DNA from: Antedon mediterranea
Lineage: Eukaryota; Animalia; Echinodermata
NCBI RefSeq assembly: GCF_964355755.1
Contig: NC_092673.1
Span: 20,457,648-20,521,647 of the forward strand
Direction: 5' to 3'
Length of the DNA: 64,000 bases
This document shows positions 1 to 13,500 of this stretch, in pieces. The first letter of the stretch is position 1; every line of letters begins with the position of its first letter. Below the pieces are notes generated by a model. The model did not search any database. It was not told the DNA's origin and worked only from the letters and a program-made list of their open reading frames with translations. Position numbers and translations under genes: made by a program.

Positions 1-272
1 TTCAACGTTGATTCGACGTCGGTATGTCCGCTGGGTATACACGTCATAATATTACACAAAAAAACCAATTCAATTCAACGGAAAGAAAAGCATTTTATTA
101 ATAAACCTTGTTTGTTGTTGACATTTTAGCACGATAGGCCTAGTATTATACTCCAACATGCACGAACAAAAACAAGATATTTTCTGACGGTGTTTTAGGC
201 CTAACTGTTAATTGAAAATACATTTAGTGATTTAAGATTTAAATAACAGTAAAAATGTCATTATGTAAACTT

Positions 273-1514
273 TTACGAAGAAGAAGATGATAAAAACGAT
301 GAGAATGAATCCTCTGAACAATTGATTTCGTCACTTCCGTCGAGGCAGTCTGAGACTCCATCACACGATTTGGATGCTGAGATGCACATGCCATTGTTGC
401 ATTGGAATGGATCTCCAATGAAATCGTTTTTACAAGAATCTAAAATTAAGGAAAATAAGATAAGATTTGGATCGGTTTGTATTGGTTCCAAATATAGATA
501 ATTCATTCATTTTATTGTTACACATACGATAATAAATAAATTAAATAAATAGATTTAAATTTTGCTTATGTGTGGATACTCTAATATTAGAGTATCTAAT
601 ATAATAAGCCCAACTGGCTTTAGGGCTGAGTTTCCATTGTACATGGAGATACAAACAAAAAAAGGCCAAACAGATTTTTAGTTGAATTGACAATTATCTT
701 CTCCTCTAGATTAATAAAAGTTAAATTCTTTTATAAATTAGATAATGATAATAGTAATACTAATAGTTCTTCTATTCTGAATAGTGGCAATAGCTTAAAC
801 CAGATCCTGCCGGCTTCATTTATCATATATGAAAGTAACGTGCACGAAGAAACTGAAATTGATTGGCCAACTTACTTTTCCAGTCGTCCGCGCATTGGTC
901 AACACCTTCATCACTTTTGTCTACGCAGTCTACCTTTGTGTCGCAAACCCATTCAGAGAATATACATTCACCGGACACTGGACATTTATATGGATTGGGT
1001 ACATACTCCTTCAGTTTATCGCAGTCCATAGCTACAATGATAACATATTTAATTTAGTTAAAATGAGAGAGAGATTCATAATATCAAACTCAACGTTATG
1101 GACATTTTACAATTCGGAGAACAAACCGTTTACTATGATTCTTGTTTATTTATTTAATTGTTCATATATAATCTGCTGATTTGAAGCAATATTCGACGTT
1201 CAGCTGTGTTAATTGTAGATTAAAATCATTTAATTATGTTTTGACATCATGTCTAAATCACCGATGCACGCAGTAGGCCTACCATTCATAGACCACTATA
1301 CTTTACGATAAAAATGCCATGAAGAATTATTGCCATTGCAACATATTTTAATATATTTTATATTTTTAATATTTTAGTAGGCCTACCGTAATATGCCATA
1401 TTACGGTAGGCCTACTCAACCATGTTTAAAAAATATTGAAAAAATATATACATTACCATTTCCAAATGTAGAAAGGGAAACAATCGCAAAACACAAACAA
1501 GCAAAACTCCGCAT
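273..1514 (-). CDS. Small secreted protein with two LDL-receptor class A (LDLa) repeats, ~126 aa, 3 exons
   Basis: Exons 1514-1457, 1031-876, 439-273 joined by phase-1 GT-AG introns (381 nt). Exon 1 is a signal peptide ([20 protein letters not shown]). Exons 2 and 3 each carry an LDLa motif (C..CI...WVCD...DCVDKSDE..C; FQC.NG.CI....[15 protein letters not shown]). TATA-like TATATAA near 1611-1630 and AATAAA near 94-99 on the minus strand. Confidence 0.85.
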
Positions 1515-2123
1515 AGTGGTAATGGGTCCAAAAGAAGTAGAATAATATAATAACGTCGAGCTGTTTAAGATCAGAGATCGTCTATCTGCACTTAAAACGT
1601 CCACAACGCATTATATAGGCCTATTATATACCACCAGGTGTGACATGACAAGTGGGTGAGTATTAACCATGTATTCCCCAGTGTAACTTTGAGACCATTA
1701 GTTACATATGGAACTTAATAATTATGTTAAATAATGTATTTGATGACTTCAAACGCAATTAAGATTTGATACGCAAGTTGTTAATGTGTGTAAGTAATAA
1801 TACTTATTTGTTATAGTAATCTTAACATGTATACGATTTGGCGACACGGAGTATAATCTGTAAGGAAGGAGGAGCGAGAAAACACGGATATAGCTATGTA
1901 CTTTTAAGCTTTTTATCACACCAATAACTTCGTGTTTCGGGGCGATAGGATGATTTAAATAAGGATGTATTTTTATCACAATTTCTTGTGAAATAACTGA
2001 TATTTTACGTATCCTATTACTACTGTCCATTAAGTTGCTATAAGAACAGTCGGGTAGCATTGGTTTAAGGGTTTTGGGTGGGGCTGGTTTTCTGGGGCCA
2101 TTAATGTTTTAAGAAAGCCATTC

Positions 2124-3798
2124 GGGTTGCATTATTTTTTTCCTATGCAATTAAGGCAGATATCATGTCAATCAATAATTCATTACCTTAATTATTTTCT
2201 ATTATAAAGAATAACAAGATAGCTGATCTACTTCCTAAATATACTAAATCTCTAATCTCTTGAACGACATCGAACCGAGGGCTTCAGTGTAAAGTTAAAA
2301 CCGTTACCACTAGACCAAGCATTTCGGTTGGCAAACGCTGTTTACACAAATTATTTAAAGATGTATTGTCCCTTTGTCAAATTCCAACAAAATTTAAGAA
2401 AAAAGATTTCGAAAAAAGTGGGTCATTTTGAAGTATCATAATAGTTATTAACTTTCACCAAAAATTAGTCGAAAAAAAAATCATTTAATTGAAATACAGA
2501 CGTTTTTTGGTTCAAAACATATCTCATAATGCAACGCGCTTAATTGGATACTCTGTATGCATTAATCATAAAACTTTCCCGTGATCTGTGTGAAAACACC
2601 TTCTCAATCGTGACGAGTTGTAAACAATCCTAATTAGCATCACGCATAATGTAGGCCTATACTCATGGTTTGAAATCTTCGTTTACTTTCGCTTGCGACA
2701 ATTTTCCAGACGAAATGTAATCAAATTAATTTAGCTGTTAATTACGTAAAATTGTTGTTTTTGGCTCGAAATTTCGAGTTAAGTGAATAAGTTTAATATT
2801 ACTTTTATATGGCCAATTTAAATTTAGAATATTTTGACCTTCATTTTTTGTGTCCAAAGGACAATACATCTTTAATCTCTCTGCATCAGAGCCATATATA
2901 TAAAGAGTTACGACATTGGATTATAGTCACGTGATATGCAGATCAATTTGTGTCAAACTTGTCTCCGTAATGCATGTAAAGTATAGGAGCAAGAAAATAC
3001 TTTAAACTTGTTCTTATATTTAAAAAAATGTAATTGCACATTTTACGATGAAATATCGATGTGCACAGCGTACAGAAGTACTTGCGCCAAAGAATATTGC
3101 GCGCGCGTGCGCTAGTACATTATAACGTTCGATTGATTGATTTTGGAACGAAACATCTCATAACTACGTCCTATTAATAACAATTATGTAATATTTTCAA
3201 TCCATAATGCATTCTTTGATGGCTAAATAAAATAATAAAGTGTCGTGGATATATTTTTTAATATATTGAATAGGGTATGAACAATATTGAAATATTAAAG
3301 GCAAATTATTACAAATGAAATGATGAACGAGTCTCTGAAAGTTTGTGTCAAAAACACACAGAGAGCCATATACTGTATAAAAAGAGGGGTAAATGTGTGT
3401 GTTTTTTGTATTGGTTCATGCTTTGATGTATTCTGAATTGCATGTAGGCCTTAGCATTTATTCTTTTGTTATTATAGACACAATATATATATGTTACCAA
3501 ATTAATACCATTAATACAATTAATTACTAAAATAAAAACGGAATCTAAGCGTTATTTCATAGACAAAAAATTCTAAAAATAATGCATGAACTATAGGAAA
3601 ACGCTATACAAAAGAGACGCGCGCGCCCTCAGCGTGCGAATTCTTTGACACAAAAATGGCTTCTAATTTTCAATGTCGTAACTCTTTATATATATGGCTC
3701 TGCTCTGCATGCTTATATAGCGCCCTCTATATGATGTCATAATTATTCTAATGAATTATGATTTCTGCCTTAATTGCATAGAAAAAAAATGTATCCAG
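2124..3798. mobile_element. Old non-autonomous TIR element (~1.67 kb) containing a nested insertion and a tRNA-like cassette
   Basis: Imperfect TIRs TTTTTTCCTATGCAATTAAGGCAGATATCAT (~2136-2166) and ATGATTTCTGCCTTAATTGCATAGAAAAAAA (~3758-3788). No clear TSD. Confidence 0.55.
2887..3702. mobile_element. Non-autonomous DNA transposon (P- or hAT-like) with 32-bp perfect TIRs and 8-bp TSD
   Basis: TIR CAGAGCCATATATATAAAGAGTTACGACATTG at both ends. TSD CTCTGCAT at 2879-2886 and 3703-3710. No ORF. Confidence 0.85.
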
Positions 3799-3966
3799 GT
3801 TACAATGTAGTTAAACTATCGTATGTAGTTATGTTCAAACAAATATCTTACAACTTTGAAATAATAATTAAGTTTATTATATGTCATTATTGATTAAATA
3901 AATTCAAAACGAAAATGATATACAGCACTAGGATGTTTATTTTGTACAAGTTCAACAATATCTCAA

Positions 3967-5637
3967 TTAAAAACATGGATTCATTTCGTTACCGTTGCAG
4001 ACGCCGTTAGTAGAAATATCATCTATTATGGTGACGTCAACATCTCTTTCAGAAACTGCCTGAAAAAAACAAAATTTAAAGTTATATTATCTTAGTAAAT
4101 CCATTAATGAATCTTTCACGTCATAAGGAAATTTCCCGAATGATCAAAATCAAAACGGTACCCTTAAATTAATTGTAATTTAACTCTTTTCTGGTCTAGC
4201 GTTCCTATTCCCAAAAGTCATCCATTCATATAGAAGAAGGTCTATCCGGTAACTTGGTTTTGGGACATGACGACTGCCACTTCGGCATGTATATTATTAG
4301 TTGGTAAGTTTTAACAGTTTATTAGAAATGGAGTAGGCCTATACGATTATTGTGAATAGGGATGTTTTGCATATATATGTATATAAAGCTCTGTCCACAC
4401 TATCAAACTTTATGTGACAAAAAATGTGATGTGCCCATATATGGACATGATGATGTCATATCACTACCATGTTTGGGCGTATCACTACCGTATTTGGGCA
4501 CATCACACTTTTTTCCGTCAAACTAGTTTGATAGTGTAGACAGAGCTTTAGATTAGTTTGATATGCGATGAATACTAGTAAATTGAGGTAAAAATAGGAT
4601 TCAGCAAAGAAATTTCATTTCATACTTTTAACATTTTTTCTATAGAAAGCCTCTGCAGTGAAATTCGAAACCCCTACACATTTTGTATTACGATGATAAT
4701 AAAAAGAATGAAATGGACATTTATCAAATTATATTTAATATTTAATGTTATATGACGAACACATTCTTAAATAGGCTAGTCAAATAAATTAAAAATAATC
4801 GTTCTTTGAAAATTATTTAATAAAACCACATATTGTAGTCTTTTATTTAAAAAAAATTCAAAACGTTCTTATACTTGTCTTACATTCACAACTGTTTCAT
4901 GCTGTTATAAATAGAAGTACTTTTGGGTTTTCTATCTAGCCTGATATAATTAGGTGCCTTACCTTCTCTCTAGCCCAAATAAAACCTCTTGTCCTAGCCC
5001 AATGGTAGTAATCAGATCCATTTCTTTCGGTAGGCGATTCAGAAGAAGAAAGAGTCTCCTGCAAAACGGCAATGTACTCTATAGCACAGCGCAAAGCTTG
5101 TATTTTGGAGATTCTTTTACCGGTTGGCTTTACTCTGTGGTTCAGTTTATTCCTGAGCATGTCAAAGGCATCGTTCATATCTCTCATCCTTGATCGCTCT
5201 CGGTTGCTGGCTGACTTTCTCTGTAGAATTTCACGATGTTTTTCTTCTACTGATTCAAGCTGGACTTCGGCAGCGTGGCTAACTGTTTCTTTATTTCCTG
5301 GCTTGATGTACGCAGATGTTCCGTTCAGTACAGTTTGGTCACCTGGGCACTTTTTAAATTTATTCAACTAATAAAAAAATTGTATGGGAAACATAGTATC
5401 AGTATTGTTATATAATATCGGTATTTATATCCAAGCTTTACAATTCAAACTAATCTATCTATTAAAGATAAGACTATTGATAATTTTGTTTAATCTAAAG
5501 CTATTTCTTGTATTTTATTATTGTATTTTTTTGTGTTTTAACGTATATATTTATATCTAAATATTGTTATGTCTTCCTATAATTGACATTAAAAAAACAT
5601 TAAAATAAACACAAAACCTTACCTCTCCATGTACCAT
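3967..5637 (-). CDS. Mesp/sage-family bHLH transcription factor, ~170 aa, 3 exons
   Basis: Exons 5637-5623 (MVHGE), 5367-4963 and 4059-3967, phase-0 GT-AG introns. The bHLH RKSASNRERSRMRDMNDAFDMLRNKL...KPTGKRISKIQALRCAIEYIAVLQ closely resembles recalled Drosophila sage/Mesp bHLH ([35 protein letters not shown]..LQ). The first and last exons are less certain than the bHLH exon. Confidence 0.8.
4387..4547. mobile_element. MITE family A (Harbinger/Tourist-like, ~160 bp) in bHLH intron
   Basis: TIR AGCTCTGTC(T/C)ACACTATCAAACT, flanked by TAA/TTA. Other full or partial copies near 6184, 10250-10397, 14572-14739, 28071-28195, 46651-47094, 47710-47840, 57926-58054, 59448-59608, 61196-61335 and 61393-61458. 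Confidence 0.8.
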
Positions 5638-8200
5638 TGTGTACCATTATAAACGTAAGTTCGCATGAAATTCGTTTCTGGAATAACAATCTTAAGTCGA
5701 CACTTCAATTTTGTTGAAAAACATCAACAATATACCAAACCTTTTAGGTTCAATGTTCTGACTAGTTTGAAAGTTCTCAGAAAAGCATTGTCTCATCAGC
5801 TTTTAATTAACTATTGCTTCGCTGCTTTAATTCATACAAATTATGACGTCACCAAAAACAAGACACCTATTTAATATTCAGGACCACTTCCAAAAAATAC
5901 AGTTCCCATGCCATTCAGTCACCAATGTTGCCCGTTTACACCACAAATGCAGAATGCCCAAAATCCACGTGCACCTAAAACTCCAGACAGCTTAATAATG
6001 GATAATTAGTTACATTAGATGTTCAATGAACTATTAATAACAATATTTTCCATTAACAAACACCAATAATTAGTATTATCTCTAATTTAGTATTATTTAT
6101 TTGAAAATAACAATTGGTTTATCTTTTTATAAACTTCTTGAAACAATAGAACCATGGAGAAAATACAACAGAATAGAGACTAAAGCTCCGTCTACACTAT
6201 CAAACTTTACGTGACAAAAAAAATGTGATGCAAATGACACATTCTGAACTAGAAGTTGTAGTGGAACTTTCAACTCCGCTCCCTAAGCCTCAAATGAGTC
6301 TTAGTTTTTTTTTATAAGCACGATATCAATCCTGTAATTGGCGAGTTTGTGCTCGCTTTTGGATGCTTGTGATATTTAAAAAAATTACTGAATAACTGTT
6401 ATTCTGGCATATGGCCAAATCTTAGCCTGTTCAGGGACATTTTGGGTCCCGAAGATGTGCCTTTAATAGTGGTTTTAGTAGACAACACGTTCGTTGTTTG
6501 AACGTGCCTCCATGGTTTGAATATGTTTTAAACTTTTATAGTGTCAAGTCGTTAAACTCTTCATCTCATCAATTTAGTTCTCATCATGCGTACGTTGGTC
6601 CCACGATTCAATTTCTCAGTCTCATGTCCACAGACTTCCCATGGCCTTTTCATGTAAACACCGTTGGTATAATAGTAATACAATCCTACTTAATTGGGAG
6701 AGCCAATGCATATTTAATGAAGATGTGGCTATCTTTCCGCCCCCGAGGCTAGCATTTTCCAATAACGCCTTAAATGTAGTGAAAACAACAATGTATAGAA
6801 TAGCGTTAGAACAAATTAAGAAACAAAATGTAATATATCGTAACTATACACTTTATTATACAATAATACATCTGTATATAAATCACATTTCTAAATTATA
6901 GCATGCAGGCCGTCAAGCCGAAAGGAGGAATCTCTTACATAATAGTATATTGTGCTTAGGCCTACTATTGAAATTAATATTTACGGTATTCATCCGTCCA
7001 ACAAACTTGAATGTCATCATTCGGAGTCATACATTGAGTACATGTACTGGCAATGCTTTGCGAAACCCCCTTCCTCATTACCCTTGTTCCCTTAAACCAT
7101 GGAACAAATATTGTTTACCTCCATGCTTAAACAGCACTAACTTAATAGAGAGTTTCGTGCTCGTGTGAAAACTCCCTAATAATTATTCATAAAACTTTCA
7201 AAAAGTTATACTGAAGTATACTGTATTTCATTCAAAACCTTCATTATGCTCGAGTAAATAAAAACAAACGTTGGCCTATTTAGGCCCCATTGTAGATTAC
7301 TAGACAGATTACTAGACGAGTTTAACAAAAAAACAGAAACTTTTTCAATCCTTTTGGAAAACGTGTTTTTTACAATTATAGTAAATACCGTAAAACAGAG
7401 TGAATTAATAATTGATTGAAGCAATGAACGTTATCGTGTCCGATTACGTTTCCGGCAATAAACAAACACCATGTGCAGCTGGGAGCTATGACGAAATAAA
7501 CAATTAACTAAGTTTTATTAGACAAATATTTGTTTTCAATAGAAACCTGTACCATGGAGCTATAAAATTACTGTACCATGCTCAAAACGGAAGCCCAATA
7601 ATAGTAGTAGGGCTCGTCTCCATTTTTAACTTTTTTAGAATGTTTCACCCCTCTATCCTATCTAATAACGCTGAAAACACAAAATCGTGTAGCAAAATTG
7701 TTTAAAGCTCAAAAAGTAAAGAAATACATAAGTACACTAAAAGGTACAGTAACACCTTCATACAATATAGATTTTAAAATGTACGACAAAAAATATAACC
7801 ATAGCACATATATATCCATATAACTATCATAAACAAATACAGTCATAAAAATTATACTCTTGATTATAGAGTGAAATTCAGTCTTCCCCGATTAAACAAA
7901 CCACCACACTAATACGCACCATACATACAACCGCGTACGCCAAAACGTACCGTAGTTACTTTATGGATATATAATTAATTATACCTCTATTATCTTCTAT
8001 TACAATTATTGCTCTCGAAATGTCTAATACCTACAGCTTTTATAGGGTTTTTTTTCAAAAATAAATTTTATTTTAATACAGGAATGTTTGGCTTACGTTG
8101 TATAACATGGAAAGGGGTAGGATAAAAAATGTAATGTTTAATTTATAGCATGCAATGGTGATGTGCTTTACAATAGTGTATAATTGAAATACAGGCTAAT

Positions 8201-8239
8201 CAGGGAGTTGTAAAAAGATAATTATTTTACAACTCCCTG
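8201..8239. mobile_element. TIR-only hairpin with 7-bp TSD (probable P-type excision footprint)
   Basis: CAGGGAGTTGTAAAA-9nt-TTTTACAACTCCCTG flanked by GGCTAAT direct repeats (8194-8200, 8240-8246). Confidence 0.7.
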
Positions 8240-9139
8240 GGCTAATCGCTACAAAATAGTACAGTTGCAAACAATCAGTAGGAATGTTTAGCATAGTGAT
8301 TTTAGCTGCATCTGTTATAACACTGAACTGAAATTACTATAGACGTTGAGTAATGAGCATATTAAAATTATATCTATAAACACTAAAATAAAAGCAAATT
8401 TAGTTTACATAGACGAGCGGTAACGGTAAGCGGAAAACCGCGTAGCTTGTCCAACATTGAATCTGATCTATCCTTAGCAGCGGAAGCCGACCGTCTGCTC
8501 CGCGTTGTGTGTAAATGGGCATACGGCATAATACAGATTCTATATTTTTATTACAGTTACCGCGTTGGCCATAAGAGCATCTATTTGGTGAAGTGGCTTT
8601 GTAGGTCTATAACAAGCTATACATAGTACACACTAATCATTTGGATCGATTTGAAATTACTATTATTACTTTTCTAATTTACATTTGAACAAAAATATAT
8701 TTTCTTTTAGTGTACTTGGTTATTAGTTCTCTTTTCTTATTGCACTAATTAAAATAATAATAATTTATGCATGAACAATGACAATTGAAAAGGGGAGTGG
8801 GGGGGGGGGCAGGGTATTAAATGTCAATTTATTATACTTTGACATTCCTAATACAGTCTTTTTATCCTAGTATAAAAATTATATTTCTATAAAACATTTA
8901 AGACAAGACAAATAGAACCAATATTTTAATATGTACTTCAACATGCAGTGGATGGAGGATGTGCACTTCTGCTTTATCACACATATATTTTTTTAAATAT
9001 CAAAATTACTGAGGATTTTAAAAAAAGGGTAACTTTCTTTTATACCACAGAGGAATTATTATATGTTCCTCCCTTGTTATAATGTTTAGTCTGTGTTAGC
9101 TTTAGAGCAGACGTTAGTGTCACTCTGTACATGTTAATA

Positions 9140-9230
9140 CAATGACACTCATTGCAACACTAAATGACACCCACTACAACACTAAATGACCCCCATTGCA
9201 ACACTGAATAACACCCATTAGAACACCATC
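9140..9230. repeat. Short ~21-bp tandem repeat (about 4 degenerate units)
   Basis: Repeated ATTGCAACACTAAATGACACCC-like unit. Confidence 0.55.
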
Positions 9231-10018
9231 ACTTCCAAATTTGTACTGTACTACTTTAAACCGAACACTATAAAGCCATTATTTTTTTTACCAGTAGTTT
9301 GCACGAAAACAAAATGATAGTGAACATTATGGGCACATGAAAGAATATAAATATCGTTACCTAATCTATCATTTCAACACGAAAATTATCATTAGTACGA
9401 AAATAAAGGTTCTATAGTTGTTTTGTATAACAAAAATAATACTGCAACACAATACATGATAAATAAAAATAAAATATATACTATAATATTTATGGTACAA
9501 TTATTCTACAACAATAAATTAAATTTATATTTAAATGACTATGATCCTAATAGCATTGAATAATCAATAAAAAAAATATATGTATTTGTCAAGTGCTTTT
9601 GAATACCTCTATGATATACATTGCAGTGCAGTGTGCAGCTATACAAGCTTTGTCACATGGCAATAAATTATACTATGTAACTTTGGTTGCTCCACAAAAA
9701 ACATTATTAGTTAACGGACGGACCAAACCAAACCAAAAAGTAAATACATGAAAGATATGACGTCCTGAGAATCAAGAACAATTAATTTCACTTATTTGTA
9801 GAAAAATTCTTTCTTAGATTTTCATTATTTGGTACAAAAATATTTACTTAACGATTATTTTTAGCACATATTAAATTGCAAACTTGTCACTTGTACCTGA
9901 TCCACACACACTGTAAGATATTGTTTTCCTGTGACAGCACTCAGATTTGTAAAAGTCAGTTTCAAGAATACATCGATGCAATACAGCGCTATCTTCGCAT
10001 ATGTGTGTAACTTTCAAA

Positions 10019-10204
10019 AGCGTGGTTTACCACTAGAACGCAACGACGTATTGACGCAAAGTGCTGTATTGCATAATCACCAGTGGGAACCGACAACGCA
10101 ACAGTGCAGCAAATATCTCAGGTTTGATTTTTCACGCAGGCGGGGTAGAATACAATTATTGGAAGGGCATTTTCTTCCGTTGCGTCGCTAGTGGGAACCA
10201 AGCT
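10019..10204. mobile_element. MITE family B (subtype B2)
   Basis: TIR AGCGTGGTT..CCACTAG / CTAGTGGGAACCAAGCT. Interior matches copies at 52407-52628, 53556-54128 and 58508-58850. Confidence 0.75.
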
Positions 10205-10563
10205 GAAGGAGTTTTTTTACCCATCGTTTACAATACCATAACAAACTAGCATGTGAAAATGTCACAATTCGGTTAAGCCGAATGTCTAAATATGGTAGTG
10301 ATATACCCAAATATGGTAGTGATATGACATCATCATGTCCATATATGAGCACATCACATATTTTTGTCACATAAAGTTTGATGGTGTAGACATCGCTTTA
10401 CACTATCACAGGAGATATCCATGTAACAATTTGCGTTGTATGTGTGAATCGGGTATTATACTCTAATTGTCACACTATAACTATTTTGAAACTAACTTGT
10501 AAAACAGCAATATATCTACCAAACATGGCAGTCTAATGTGTCATGTGACCAAGATATCCAGCA

Positions 10564-13500
10564 TCATTCTGTTACCGTTCCTCCTGTTTGCTGTTGTTGA
10601 ATGCGTGTGAGGTGGCTGGCAAGTACGTGGCCAAATTTCTTTTGATGTATATCGATGGCTGCTATAGATTTGAACAAGGAACCTGAAGCTATTGTCTCCG
10701 GAAGTTTGGTGAGAAACTGGGCTATATGAATAAAGTCCATCTCAAGTAAAATATTACGGTACAATTGAAGGATTCCTATAAAAGAAAAAACAATGAAAAT
10801 TGATTTTTGTTTTAATGCATTTTTATATATTTTTATAACTTGTCTTAAGGGTCTTTCGCACCTGTTCCGGCACGGTTCCGGTCTGGCGCCGGAAAATCCA
10901 ATTGAATGTTTTCACGCGGCCACACACACATATTGATTGGCGCATAGCCGCGTGGAAACCAAACATTGATGTTCTTTTTGCCGAACGGGAACCGTGCGGG
11001 AACACGTGTAAAAAACCCTCCCCTTTTTATTGCTTGTTAGTCTACATTGTTTGGCAGAATTTATCAGCCTTTGGCTGCCTTCTACTTGTATAGTTTTATA
11101 TGGATGAATAAATATTGATTATTTTAAATTGATAAACAAATATAGCAAAAAAAAAGATTATTTCGCTACCTAATGCTGTCCTGAAAAGAAACTCTTCTCC
11201 ATCACGAAAGAACACATCCCAGACTCTACAAGCAACGTCTAATGGCAGTGACTTGCTGTACAGTGTATACATCCTGAAATAACAAGCGCAATATTATTGT
11301 AACTTTATGTTATGTATCCCAATTCTCCTTTCTATTGGATACTTTGTATTTAAGAAAAAATATCTCACATGTGATTGGTGAATAGTTATTGATGCCTATT
11401 TAAAATGTTTTATGAAAAGAAAAGGTTCAAGAAAAACAAACTATATTATTACCGTAAGTGTTATTCAGAAATGCCATACAAAGAGCAATATAGAAAGAGC
11501 ATGGTCTTCTAGCAAAAGGGCACATAATTGAAACCTCTAACAATATCTAACGGTAACCGCTAACAATATCTAAAAGTAACCGCTAACAATACCTAACAGT
11601 AACTGCAACAATATCTAACGGTAACTTTTAAAAATAACTAACGGTAACTTCTAACAATATCTAACAGTAACCTAAAACTATATCTAATAGTAGCATCTAA
11701 CAATATCTAATGGTAGCATCTAACAACATCTAACAGTAACATCTAACAATATCTAATGGTAACTTCTAACAAAATTTAACGGTAACCTCTAACAATATCT
11801 AATGGTAACATCTAACGATATCTAACAGTGACTTCTAACAATATCTAACGGTAACCTCCAACAATATCCAACAGTAACCCGAGTCAACAATTGCTCTATC
11901 CTTTCAATACTGGCAAACAAATAAATGTATATTTTTGCAAAAACTTTACCAGTCAATAATATATAAATCAGGCGTAACTTCTAATTCTTCAAAATGAACA
12001 AATAACTGAGGAAGATTATCTTGAAAATACTCTTCAAATGTTGCAAAATATGCTTGCATCTGTGGAAAAAAAATACTTTTAAATTAATTCCTCCTATAAT
12101 TCTGTATTTTAAATTTTGTGACTTCTTAATTTAGTGATTTCTTAATTTAGTGATTTCTTGTTTAAATTTGATTGTGTATAAAACAATGACCACAATTGAC
12201 AGACTGACTTTTCATTATCTCAATTCATCATCTTTATGCTGGTTTGGTAAATTACTTACAATGGTTTGGTCAAGTCGAAAGAATGCCATTTGACATGGTT
12301 TATTCATAAGGTTACTAAAGCACAGGAAAGCATTAGGAGGCTCCAAGTTAAGTAAAAACACAGCAGCAATGAAAGACATCCCTTGAACCTAAATGCACAA
12401 ATATAAAATATTTATTACTATTATTGAGAAATGGTTAATAGAGAAACCAGTGTTTATGATGGTATGTTTATTTTCAAACTTGAGAAAACTCTTAAGTTTT
12501 TCAAGAAACAGGTACATACTGTATCTTTTCTGTCTATAAATTTAATATTAATGTGTTGGTTCTAAGAAATGGTCCTATATTCATTAGTAGATAAATATAT
12601 AAACAATGAATGGCATCTCAATATAAAATATTACTGTTCATCCCCATCATATTATATCTATAATCAGTTTCAGAACATAAAATACCCTAGCAGAACCTTA
12701 TGTTATGACGTCAGTAATCCACTTCAACATCAATAGGAAACAGCCATTTCCTTTGCTTCCAAATGACACAAAATATAATCATAATGCTGTTCTTAAAGTC
12801 AGAATAAAATTATTATGTTGTAGTGTTTGAGAAAAATATTTTAATGGTTTTGAAAAAGTAAGAAACTGAATTAGTAAATGTAGTGCAAATTATGACTATG
12901 GTAGTATAGATGAAGAAACAACAAGCTCCATATACTTACATATCCCACATCTGGCCTATAGCAAGCATAAGCTCCCAGAATGCTATGCAGCATATTGTGA
13001 TAAGGACCACCCTAAAAGTAAGGAAAACATGACAAATGATGTTTATCTTTTAAGTTCATCTATACATTGCATTCTCGCACTGGATTCGTCAACAGACTTT
13101 GTCATTCCACGCAACGACCACACAATATGCATAGAGATGATTTTCCACTGGACCAATTTGTTCATGTAAATCCAACGTTTCTCCAAGAAAACAATCACAC
13201 TTTCCACCACAAGAGCGTATGGTTGCGATTTTCATTTTCATCGCGTGTCTGCTGAGTGATTCACATTAGTGTATGAACGTGTCATAGCTCATTTACTTAG
13301 CTCTGATTGGTTGTGCAATTTTTTCACTTTGCAAAAAGTAGAAACAAGTCAAACTACCAATTTTGCTAAACTGAAAAACTTAAGGAACTAGAACTCGACG
13401 TCGCAGAGAAGAATTTGGAATATGGAAACATGAATACGTATGCGTGTAAGCCGATGTTTTTGTTTCGCGCGAACAAATTTGCCTAGTGGAAAATTGACGC

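Noticed and set aside
1-37. Possible transposon terminus ending GCTGGG-TA at the window edge
   Set aside because: Only one end is visible, so TIR and TSD cannot be verified.
687-1179. Plus-strand ORFs overlapping the LDLa exon (and similar antisense ORFs over the bHLH, RNF139, RNF145 and TBC exons)
   Set aside because: They are shadow frames of real genes on the opposite strand, with no recognisable domains.
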